In this document: positions 44,334 through 53,095 of the stretch, one piece after another
Layout: each line of letters starts with the position of its first letter
Numbering within the stretch: the stretch's first letter is position 1
From: an uncultured delta proteobacterium
Lineage (GTDB): Bacteria; Desulfobacterota; WTBG01
Assembly: GCA_963793865.1 (NCBI GenBank)
Contig: CAWCBP010000008.1
Coordinates: forward strand, 256,001 to 320,000
Direction of reading: 5' to 3'
Length of the DNA: 64,000 nucleotides
Notes under the pieces: model-generated
Databases searched by the model: none
Told to the model about the DNA's origin: nothing
What the model saw: only the letters and a program-made list of their open reading frames with translations
Made by a program: the position numbers and the translations under genes

Positions 44334-46203
44334 TCAGTACCCGTTATAGATGACCAGAGACTCGGGCGGATCGGTGATGCGGATGAATCCAACCGGATCA
44401 TCACCGATAAAAACCCTTTCCAGCTTCCGTACGGGCTCGGTTTTAAGCTGCCGCATCCAGTGGTAGGAAATGATGATCTCGTTGCCGTCAGGGACGACCT
44501 GACGCAGCTCCAGCCGGTTGTAGTCGGCGTGTACCTCACCGCTCCCCTTGATAAAGAAAGAAGGTTTCCGGTTGACACGGTAAATGGTGAAGGAGGCGAT
44601 CTCGCCCTCCCTGGTCAGGTAGCCGGGATGGCGGTTGAAAAACTCTTTTGATCGGTCAAGCCAGCAGACCACCCATGTGACGTTGTACCTGTCAAACTGC
44701 CGCTGCAACTCCTCCCGTGAATATTCCTCAATCTTTTTCTCGAACAGCACTCCTGCGGTAAAGCTTGCATAGCTGTGCTTCACCGGATACATGGGACGCG
44801 GACCGCAGAGGTACTCCCGCTTCACTCGTTCAGGGAAGAGAGCGGGCAGGCGTGCCCCTCCGAACCGGTGACCGGTGTCGTATTCCGAGTCTTCAAGCAG
44901 GATTCTTCCCTCCCGGGTGGTATGTTCATCCAGCCAGGCAAGCAGCTCCTCAACGGCGGGAGAAAAACTCGCAGTTGAGGCGGTAGAGGTTGTAGCCGTA
45001 AATCGTTTTGAGCGGTTGTATTACCGGGCCGACGAGCAGGGCAAGCAGGAGAGCAGCACCGAAGAGTCGCACTGCGAACCCCCTCTTTTCGAAGAGCGCC
45101 CGGAGTACCGGTACAACGCCCGCGCTCGCGGGGATGAGCAGCAGTATGTTGAGCGGGACGATGAACCGCTGGGGCTGCAGCTGGGGGAATAGCCGGGTGT
45201 GGGAGCCGTAGTAGGCGACGGCAAAAATGAAAACAACTCCCGCCGCGAAGGGAAGGAACAGCGGCCACCGCTTTTCCTTCAGCCACCGGTACATGCCGCC
45301 GATGCCGAAGAGCAGCAGCGCTACCTCGATAAAAGTATTATTGAGTGAAGGAGTCTTCCGATAGAGCAGGCTCTGGTGTTGCCGCAGGTAGACGTTGAGC
45401 GGCTCGAGGAGATTGGTGATCTGCAGCGCAAAGTTGTAGTTCTCCGGCCGGGTGGTCTTGTCATTGAAGAACTGGACGAGCGGTATCAGCCAGAAGCTGT
45501 TGATGATCAGCACCGCGAGGGCCAGGGAGGCAAGACCGAGGTGGCGTGAGAATGACAATTTCTGAGCGGAGAGGGCATAGAGCATGAGCAGGGGGATAAA
45601 AAGGTGTACGGGAGCCAGAATATGCATCATCAGCAGCAGGGATGATACAAGGGCAAGCCACACAAATCTCTTCCAGGTGAACTGTTCGAGGAGTTTATAA
45701 ACAAGTGAAAAAACGTAGAGAGAGCAGTAGCACATAAAAACGTAGGAAAGCATTCCCCACGAGACCAGATCGATGGTCATGGAGAGGTGAAAAAAAAGGA
45801 GTGCCAGTATCGCCGCGGCTACAGCGGTTCCCCGAGACAGGCCGAAGTTCCTTGCGGCGGCATAGGGAAATAGCGGGTAGAGCAGGAGAAAGGCAATCAG
45901 GTAGAGCTTGAAGGCCTGGCCCTCCCCCAGAAAGGAGGAGAGGGCAACGAAGAACACCTCCCAGGCCTTGTTGTCCGCGTTGACCAGCGTGCCGCTGGGA
46001 TAGCCCGCGAGAAAAAAGGGGTCATATCCCCAGAGCCGGCCCGCCGCCGAAAAAAATCTTTTGGCGGCGAGACACTGGGAAAAATGCATGGCGTAGTCGT
46101 CGGTGTAAACGGGGGCGTCGGAAAGCATATCTTCAGTTGACAGGAGGAGGCTGATCGAGCATGCGGAAGCAAGGAGGAGCGCGACGACGATGAGTTTCTT
46201 CAT
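44334..46203 (-). CDS. Polytopic membrane protein (GT-C/YfhO-like), frameshifted near 44830-44960
   Basis: TDDYAMH, WGYDPFFLAGYP, NSFWLIP, LQPQRF; soluble C-terminal fragment 44334..44825. Confidence 0.65.
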
Positions 46204-46218
46204 GGAGATGTGATCCTT

Positions 46219-47724
46219 TCAGGTGCCCCTGCTTAAGCTCATCAGGCGCTCGCCGATCTTGGTTTTGAAAGTGGGAAAGGCGATGCGCAGGGTCAGAAGG
46301 AGCCTGCGGTTAAATCCCGTGAACATGAGGTAGAAGTAGGAGAAGGGCTCGATGAGCGTGACGATACAAGCGTGCATGACGGTAAGGGCTAGCCGGGCGA
46401 GGGCCGATTTCCGGTGTCGGATGAAATAATCAACCATCCCGGAGGGGATGAGCGGGGAGATCCTGACCAGCTTGTTTAAAAAAGTGGGTCTGTAGCTGAA
46501 GTAGTTTTGTATGGGAAGGTCGGTGCCGGCGCCCATCTTTTTTTGCATCATGCCGTAGATATCGGTTCCCTTGTAAAAGGTGAGGGTAAAGAGCTGCAGC
46601 TGGAAGGGCTTGGGTATTTCCTTCAGCACCTTGATGGTGCTGATCACATCTTCTTCTTCTTCAAAGGGGTTGTCGAGAATAACGTCATAATAGCCGCTGA
46701 CGCCATACTTCTTCGCCAGCTCCGTTGCCTCCAGGAATTTCTTATTCGATACGTGCCGGCAGTACACCTCCCTGTTGATCCGCTCGCTTCCCGACTGCAG
46801 GCCCATGGTCACCCAGGCGAGGCCGGCCTCCTTCAGCATCCGTATCTTGTCTTCGGTGAGGTGCAGCGGGGTGGACCTGACGATGAAGGGCCGGTCGATC
46901 CATTTTTTATAGTCCTTTACAAATTCCCGGTGCCATTCCTCGCGGTGGGCGAGAAAGCAGTCGTCGTGGATGTTGATCAGGATGATGTCCGGAAACGCCT
47001 CGACGGCGGTGCTCAGTTCCGCTATCACGTTCTGGGGGCTTCTGGCGCGGATGCTTTTGGTCCCGTAGAGTTTGGAAAGAAAGGAGTTGCAGCAGTAGGA
47101 GCAGGAGAATGGGCAGCCCCGGGAGGAAATGATGTTGTATGCCTTACCGTCGTACCGGGTGTACCTTCTGAAGAGCTTCAGGTCCATGGGCAGGATGTTT
47201 CCCCGGTGATAGACATGGGAATGCTCCGGGAAATGGGTGGGGAAGGGAAGCCTGTCCAGATCGGTAATGAGAGGCCTCAAAGGGTTTTTCCGCACCGTGT
47301 GCCCATCTTTAAAGGCGAGGTTTTGTATCTCCTTCAGGCTTTTGCCGTCCGCCACATGGTTCAGCGTTTCCAGAACGGTGCCCTCGCTCTCCCCGATGGA
47401 CACCATGTCGGCGTATTCCAGGCACTCCTCCGGCGCCACGGTGGGATGTATGCCCCCGACCATAAGCGGTATCCGGGGGGCGTGCTCTTTGATCTGCCTG
47501 CCGAGATAGGCTGCGAAGGGCGCTTCGTAGCTCATCATGCCGCAGCCGATGAGGTCCGGACGAAATGAATCAATGAAGGCCTTCAGGGGCGGTATGACCG
47601 CGTCTTCATGACGCGGGATAAAAAGGATGTCGGACTGATGTCCCTGCTGCAGCAGATAGGAATGGAGGTATTTTATGCCGAAATTTTCGGTGGTGGGCAG
47701 AAGTGAAATGAGCAGTATCTTCAT
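46219..47724 (-). CDS. B12-binding domain radical SAM protein (#3)
   Basis: GGIHPT, GESE, SSRGCPFSCSYCCN, DDCF, GLQSGS. Confidence 0.92.
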   Translation of the reverse strand: MKILLISLLPTTENFGIKYLHSYLLQQGHQSDILFIPRHEDAVIPPLKAFIDSFRPDLIGCGMMSYEAPFAAYLGRQIKEHAPRIPLMVGGIHPTVAPEECLEYADMVSIGESEGTVLETLNHVADGKSLKEIQNLAFKDGHTVRKNPLRPLITDLDRLPFPTHFPEHSHVYHRGNILPMDLKLFRRYTRYDGKAYNIISSRGCPFSCSYCCNSFLSKLYGTKSIRARSPQNVIAELSTAVEAFPDIILINIHDDCFLAHREEWHREFVKDYKKWIDRPFIVRSTPLHLTEDKIRMLKEAGLAWVTMGLQSGSERINREVYCRHVSNKKFLEATELAKKYGVSGYYDVILDNPFEEEEDVISTIKVLKEIPKPFQLQLFTLTFYKGTDIYGMMQKKMGAGTDLPIQNYFSYRPTFLNKLVRISPLIPSGMVDYFIRHRKSALARLALTVMHACIVTLIEPFSYFYLMFTGFNRRLLLTLRIAFPTFKTKIGERLMSLSRGT

Positions 47725-49268
47725 GGCAGCGACTTTGCGGCGGGTGCTTTCTTGTCGGAGGCGCGCGTGATGCTGAAAAGTTTTTTTAACATTCTCCGCG
47801 TCTTTCTGAGGATGAAAATCTTATAGCGCATCTTGAACTGGAAGGCGTCGACATCAAACTCCTTGTGCCGGTCGAGCACCCGGGCGATGCTATGGGTGAA
47901 CATACCCAGGTTGGGCATGATGCGGTAAAACCGGATGCTGATCAGGAAGCGGTTCAGCCATGCGGGAAGCACCGGGATCAGCGTCAGGAAGCCCTGTATC
48001 CTGGCGAAGTTCAGCTTTCTGATGGTGCCGCCCTGGATAAAGGAGCGGGCATTAAGGCCCCGGTTTATTTCCTCCACGTCTTTATCGGTGAGGATGCCCT
48101 CTTCAAGCGCACTCTCGATGATCTTTGTCTTCGGGTAGTACCGGATGAAGTAGAGGCTTAAGCGGTTGGGCCGGGTCTGGTTGTAGAAGTTGAGCATATG
48201 CACCAGGTCATCCTCCGTCTGGGTGGGAAGACCGAGCATGTTTTCGCAGATGGTGAGTATCCCGGCGCCCTTGAGCAGCTCGATGCTCCTTTGCACCTGC
48301 CGATTGGTTTCCCTGCGGTTGAGCACCTTTTTCTTGAGCTCCTCGTCCAGGGACTGGACGCCCATGATGGCCTGCCAGCAGTTCCCCTCCTTGAGTAGCG
48401 CGACGGTCTCCTCGTCGATGAAATTGACGTGTATGCAGCAGGTGAAGGGCACCCCGATCTCTTTTTTATAGCCCCGGAGAAAATGGGCGAGCCACTCCTT
48501 GTCGCTTATGAATATCTCGTCCCAGAAGTGAACGGTGCTGTAGGGATATTGTCTGCGGGCCTCAATCAGTTCCTCGAGTACGCGGTCGGCGCCCCTTCGC
48601 CGGAAGAACGGTCCCTTGCCGCGGTAGATGGTGTCCTTGTAAAGGGAGTTGTTGCAGAAACTGCACTTGTTGACGCATCCCCGGCTGGTGATGGTGATAT
48701 AGCCCTCCCGCAGGTAGGGAAGCTTGTTTAAAAAGATCTCCTTGTCCGGGAGGGGAAGCGCGTCAAGGTCCTGCAGCAGGGGCCGCACCTCATTTTGTAT
48801 GACCTCGCTACCGTTCTTCGCCCAGACATTTTGAATGTTTCGGCAGGCGGCAGGATCCTTGATGCTGTTTACCAGCTCAACCAGCGCATCTTCGCCTTCA
48901 CCTATAACCAGGTAGTCTACGGAGGGCTGCATGATGACGTATTCCGGCACCGACGTCGGATGAACCCCTCCGAATACGATGGGCACATCCAATGCTTTTT
49001 TTATTTTGTCGGCGAGCGCGATCGCCCAGGGGTAATTGTCCGACACCACCGAGAAGGCAATCAGGTCGGGGGCGTATGCCCTCAGCTCCCCGATGATTTC
49101 ATCGGAATAGTCAAAGAACCGTTTGAGCATCCTGTTTTTGAGGAAGGTGTCATCAAAAAGCTGGGGATCAAAGCACAGCGAACACCGGTGACCGGCTTTT
49201 TTGAGGACGGCCGACAGGTACTCTATGGCGAGCGTTTCACAAGCTGAAGATATGAAGACGACGTGCAT
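47721..49268 (-). CDS. B12-binding domain radical SAM protein (#4)
   Basis: GGVHPT, GEGE, TSRGCVNKCSFC, DEIF, GVQS. Confidence 0.92.
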   Translation of the reverse strand: MHVVFISSACETLAIEYLSAVLKKAGHRCSLCFDPQLFDDTFLKNRMLKRFFDYSDEIIGELRAYAPDLIAFSVVSDNYPWAIALADKIKKALDVPIVFGGVHPTSVPEYVIMQPSVDYLVIGEGEDALVELVNSIKDPAACRNIQNVWAKNGSEVIQNEVRPLLQDLDALPLPDKEIFLNKLPYLREGYITITSRGCVNKCSFCNNSLYKDTIYRGKGPFFRRRGADRVLEELIEARRQYPYSTVHFWDEIFISDKEWLAHFLRGYKKEIGVPFTCCIHVNFIDEETVALLKEGNCWQAIMGVQSLDEELKKKVLNRRETNRQVQRSIELLKGAGILTICENMLGLPTQTEDDLVHMLNFYNQTRPNRLSLYFIRYYPKTKIIESALEEGILTDKDVEEINRGLNARSFIQGGTIRKLNFARIQGFLTLIPVLPAWLNRFLISIRFYRIMPNLGMFTHSIARVLDRHKEFDVDAFQFKMRYKIFILRKTRRMLKKLFSITRASDKKAPAAKSLP

Positions 49269-49316
49269 AAGGGAGCTGATCAGTAGGTTGTTACACAGGT
49301 AAAGCCCTTAGATTTT

Positions 49317-49440
49317 AAATCAGAAATCCGAAACAAATCCAAAATTCAAATTCCGAATGTTCCAAACCCTGGCTACCTGTAATTTGTTTGTTTGCTTTTT
49401 TTGAATTTAGGTCATTTTCGGATTTCGTGCTTCGGATTTA
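49317..49440. repeat. Degenerate heptamer-type inverted repeat (AAATCCG/AAATTC units)
   Basis: aaatcagaaatccgaaacaaatccaaaattcaaattccgaa ... ttcggatttcgtgcttcggattt; related tract at ~58545-58635. Confidence 0.65.
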
Positions 49441-49484
49441 TAGGGAACGCTATAAGAACTTCTGGTATGTTTTAACTGCCCGAG

Positions 49485-50939
49485 TCAGGTTAACCTCTTC
49501 TTAATATATCCTCCCATTGCATACTTGGCCACGTAAAACCCCGCCTTGACCGTATCGACAATGTTCCGGGGATTGGTGAACAGTAATTTCATCACGTAGC
49601 GCAGAAAGGTCCGGGGGCGCAGGTAAAATTTCCGGTACATGCGCCGGTGGGCCTCGATGAGCTGCTCTTTGGTCATGCCGGCGGGGATGAAGACCGGGTC
49701 CCAGAACCCGAGCTTTCTCCAGTCCCGCTCGAAGGCGCCGTAGCGCTGCGCGGTGTCGAAAAGCTCGGCGCCGGGCATGGGGGTGCAGAAAGTGACGTGG
49801 AAATCCTTGAGCCCGCTCTCCCGGGTAAAGCGGGTGGTTTTCTCCAGGGACTCCGCGGTTTCTCCCGGGCAGCCGATCATGAAGTAGCCGCGGGAATGGA
49901 TGCCCGCCTCGTTGGTCTTGCGGATCACCTCGGACAGCCTTTCCAGTGTCACCCTTTTTTTTATGTTGTCAAGTATGCCCTGGTCTCCGCTTTCCACGCC
50001 AAAGGCGATCTGCCAGCATCCCGCCTTTTTGATCAGCCCGAAAAGATCCACCGAGGTTACTTCAGGCCTGGCAAGGCAGGACCAGCTGATGGTATAATCT
50101 TTTTTGAGCAGCGCTTCGCAGATTGCCGTCACCCGCTTTTTATCAAGCAGGAAATTGTCGTCGTAGAACATGATGTCCTTGATTCCGTACACTTTGACCA
50201 GGTGGTCCACCATGCCGACCGTATACTCGGCGCTGTGCGCCCGGTATTTTTCCCCCATAAAGGGCCGCGCGCAAAAGGTGCAGGTGCCGTTGCACCCCCG
50301 CGAACTCATCAGGGATGAGGAAGGAAGCCGCCGGTAGCTGTGCGGCGAAGGCTTGTAATGCTTTGCCAGGTCGGGCAGGAGATCCCAGGCGGGAAAAGGA
50401 AGCGCGTCCAGGTCCTGTATGTTGTCTCTGCGGGGTGAGAGCTTAATCTCCCCTCCCTCCCGGTATACAATGCCGGGGATGGAACGGAGGCCGCTTCCCG
50501 CTTTGAGCGCGGCAAGGATATCGCAAACCGTGTATTCGCCCTCGTTGATTACCCCCATGTCAAATTCGGGACACTCTTCCAGCGTCTCACGGGGCAGCGA
50601 GGAAACGTGGGGCCCGCCGAGGATCAGGGGGGCCGGTATCCCGCTTTGCCTGATGGCCTTTGCCAGCTCGAGGGCCCGGTTCAGGGACACGGTAGAGGCG
50701 GTGATGCCGATGGCATCGGCGCCGGCACGGGTTATTTCCGCAACCGTTCGGGCGAGATCAAGAGAAAGCGCGGGGGCGTCAACGATACTGACCGTGTAGC
50801 CCTGCTTCCGGGCGGATGATGCCAGGTAGCAGAGGCCGAGGGGCGGCGCCTGGCTTCCCACGGATGCAAAGCTTCCATAGCGCTCCTCCAGTGTAATGGG
50901 CGGATTAACCAGCAAGAGATCATGCTTCATGATCGACAT
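49485..50939 (-). CDS. B12-binding domain radical SAM protein (#5)
   Basis: PPLGLCYLAS, GGPHVS, EGE, SSRGCNGTCTFC, DDNF, GVESGD, TPMPG. Confidence 0.93.
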   Translation of the reverse strand: MSIMKHDLLLVNPPITLEERYGSFASVGSQAPPLGLCYLASSARKQGYTVSIVDAPALSLDLARTVAEITRAGADAIGITASTVSLNRALELAKAIRQSGIPAPLILGGPHVSSLPRETLEECPEFDMGVINEGEYTVCDILAALKAGSGLRSIPGIVYREGGEIKLSPRRDNIQDLDALPFPAWDLLPDLAKHYKPSPHSYRRLPSSSLMSSRGCNGTCTFCARPFMGEKYRAHSAEYTVGMVDHLVKVYGIKDIMFYDDNFLLDKKRVTAICEALLKKDYTISWSCLARPEVTSVDLFGLIKKAGCWQIAFGVESGDQGILDNIKKRVTLERLSEVIRKTNEAGIHSRGYFMIGCPGETAESLEKTTRFTRESGLKDFHVTFCTPMPGAELFDTAQRYGAFERDWRKLGFWDPVFIPAGMTKEQLIEAHRRMYRKFYLRPRTFLRYVMKLLFTNPRNIVDTVKAGFYVAKYAMGGYIKKRLT

Positions 50940-51362
50940 TGTAACACAGGTAACGAAGCTTTCACAAGGATTGATTGCCCGCGGTGCATAAGAAAAGAGG
51001 ATGGATGATTCGCGGCTGAAGCCGCTCCTAACGGATCATCGCAGATGTGTAGATAATATAAAATGATTATTTATAATTAAAACGGGTTTATAAATATCCA
51101 TATTTCTTATGATTGTTGGTGAACAGAAGAAGGGGTGGTATTTTGAGTTTTATAATATAAAAATATTGAAATAATCCTTGACATTTTTCGGCAATTGTGG
51201 TTAAATTGATAATAAAAGAAATTCATATTTGAAAAATAGAAAATATATTTATACGCTTTGATGTAAATAGCAATGATTAGATGCCACTTAGATACACAAA
51301 ATGATGGTTTTCCTGTCCATGTTTCTTGTAATATAATAAATTCTGTGCGGAGAAAAAAACAC

Positions 51363-51391
51363 TTGACAAGATGTGAATAATATAATGTAAT
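51363..51391 (+). promoter_or_regulatory. Sigma70-type promoter
   Basis: TTGACA (51363-51368), 17-nt spacer, TGTAAT (51386-51391), preceded by an AT-rich region. Confidence 0.65.
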
Positions 51392-51491
51392 ATGTAGGCG
51401 GAAGGTTGTTATGTTTCTTGCGAGTGATGGTAGCCTTATTTTAATCAGTTGGGTGCTTGTCATGCTCACCATCGTCATAAAGCAGACTTAT

Positions 51492-51570
51492 AAAACCGGA
51501 GCATTATTTGGAGCGGCTAAAGCAGCATTGTCACCTAGACGCCGTTTCAGATAAAGGGCCGGTTTTTTTT
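51492..51570 (+). terminator. Long leader hairpin followed by U8 (possible attenuator)
   Basis: aaaaccgg/ccggtttt outer stem; ttatttggagcggc (51504-51517) pairs with gccgtttcagataa (51541-51554) using 3 G-U pairs; T8 at 51563-51570. Confidence 0.55.
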
Positions 51571-51625
51571 GGTTGACGATAGTATCAAAACATAATAAAG
51601 GTACTGGAGCAGAACAGGCAAGCTT

Positions 51626-51718
51626 AGTGCACTAATCGAAAGGGCAAACCCCGGGCAACCGGGGGACGCAAAGCTACGATCCCCTCAGGGGAAGTCGGGT
51701 TGCTGAAATTAGCGCACT
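51626..51718 (+). ncRNA. c-di-GMP-I (GEMM) riboswitch aptamer
   Basis: GGGCAAACC, P2 ccgg-GCAA-ccgg (GNRA loop), GGACGCAAAGC, P3 tcccc-tca-gggga, GGGTTGCTGAA; P1 agtgcactaat/attagcgcact. Confidence 0.92.
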
Positions 51719-51746
51719 GCTTGAAAAAGAGCAACCCGGTTTTTTT
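51696..51746 (+). terminator. Riboswitch expression platform terminator
   Basis: cgggttgct (51696-51704, inside the aptamer) is complementary to agcaacccg (51730-51738), followed by a T-run. Confidence 0.75.
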
Positions 51747-51958
51747 ATTGTCTCAGAGTGAGGGGGCATGAATGGAAGGAGGTGATGCGGAAAGCCATAC
51801 GAAATGAAAGAGAGGTGATATTTGTAGTTAAGCCACAGAAGCAAAGAAGATGCAGCAGCAGTACAACAGTATCAAGCAAGAAATCGCGATTTCAGTAAGT
51901 TTATGTTTTTAGTTCGATCATCAAATAATTTGATCAGCAAAGAAATGGAGGAGAAGAA

Positions 51959-52867
51959 ATGAAGAAATATATTGTATGTTTGATAGGCCTGGTGATGGCT
52001 CTCGGTTTTATCGGGATGTCATCAGCGGCCATCGTGACCGATCCAACCGGTGATAAATTTGGCAGCGGCCCCACCGATATTACCGCAGCACGGGCTGAAC
52101 AGGAGACAAGGACTGACGGGGTTACTGTACTGAAAGTTTCCTATACCGCCACACCCAACATCGGCGGCATCATGTTATTTGAAGCCGATGTTGATAGCAA
52201 CACCGTTACGGGCGGAAATATAAGCATGACCGGTATCCCGGTTTTACCCTGCCCCTGCAAGTCAACCCCTGGTATCGATGTGGCGATCATGGTGATGAAC
52301 AGAGACCAAGCGGCAACTTCCAACTCTGCCATGTGTGCAGGCTGTTCTGATTCTGGGTCTGCTTCATGTGCCAGGAAGCGGTGGTATGGTGAGTGGTATG
52401 CGGTGGCATCAGGAACGGGAACCACGGACACAACCGGCTTCATGAGGGGTTTTCTGGATCCCACCACCTTTTATTCGACCATCACCAGTAAGAGCTACAC
52501 CTTCCCCTGGGATACGATCTGTGCTTCGTGCAAATTATGAGATTCCCGTGCCGTGAGCAATATGTCTATGCCGATGCCATTAATCCAGCCCTCACCAAAT
52601 GGCAGCTGAGTGTGTGGACCGATCCGAGCTTTGCTGATCGAGGATGACTTTGCCAATGGCTCAAGCTTCTTCGGCATTTCCGACGTGATTCCCAACGGCA
52701 ATGGCAATCTGGTTGCCGGTGTGGATGTTGCTACTAACCTTACCTTCTGCGAAGGGAATTTTGACAATGACCCGGACGTGGACGGAGGTGATGCCTCCAA
52801 ATTCAAGACCGACTTCGGAAGGAGTGGCTTGAAGAATCCGTGTCCGAATACACCCTGGTTATATTAA
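51959..52867 (+). CDS. Secreted protein with C-terminal dockerin-like (type A) motif, frameshifted
   Basis: SD ggagg, signal peptide MKKYIV...SSA; ORFs 51959..52540 and 52610..52867 are joinable through an intermediate frame; ends CEGNFDNDPDVDGGDASKFKTDFGRSGLKNPCP. Confidence 0.75.
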
Positions 52868-52874
52868 TCTTTTC

Positions 52875-52908
52875 CCCCGCCCGGTCTTGTCAACGGGAGC
52901 GGGCGGGG
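52875..52908 (+). other. GC-rich intergenic stem-loop without U-tract
   Basis: ccccgcccg...cgggcgggg immediately after the stop codon. Confidence 0.6.
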
Positions 52909-53095
52909 CATAATTACAATGAACCCAGAAGTATAGGTTATATCTTAACTCGAAAGGGGGTGATGGTCAAAAAAAGGATAGTTTCAGGAAAGGAGGTGAT
53001 GAAGCAGCAACAGTATGTGTAGCAGCAGTTTGGAGGAGTGGTCGGAGACATTGGGCCTTCGGCCGGTAGTTAAAAATTAATCAGGAGGTGTGAGA

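Noticed and set aside
46507..47568. Long antisense ORFs (also 14432..15535, 39565..40494, 57500..58642)
   Set aside because: Shadows of well-supported genes on the opposite strand in GC-rich DNA.
51107..51478. 123-aa minus-strand ORF
   Set aside because: AT-rich divergent promoter region, low-complexity composition, no recognisable motif.
51626..51718. 3',3'-cGAMP (GEMM-Ib) specificity
   Set aside because: The discriminating position equivalent to Vc2 nucleotide 20 is G, not A.
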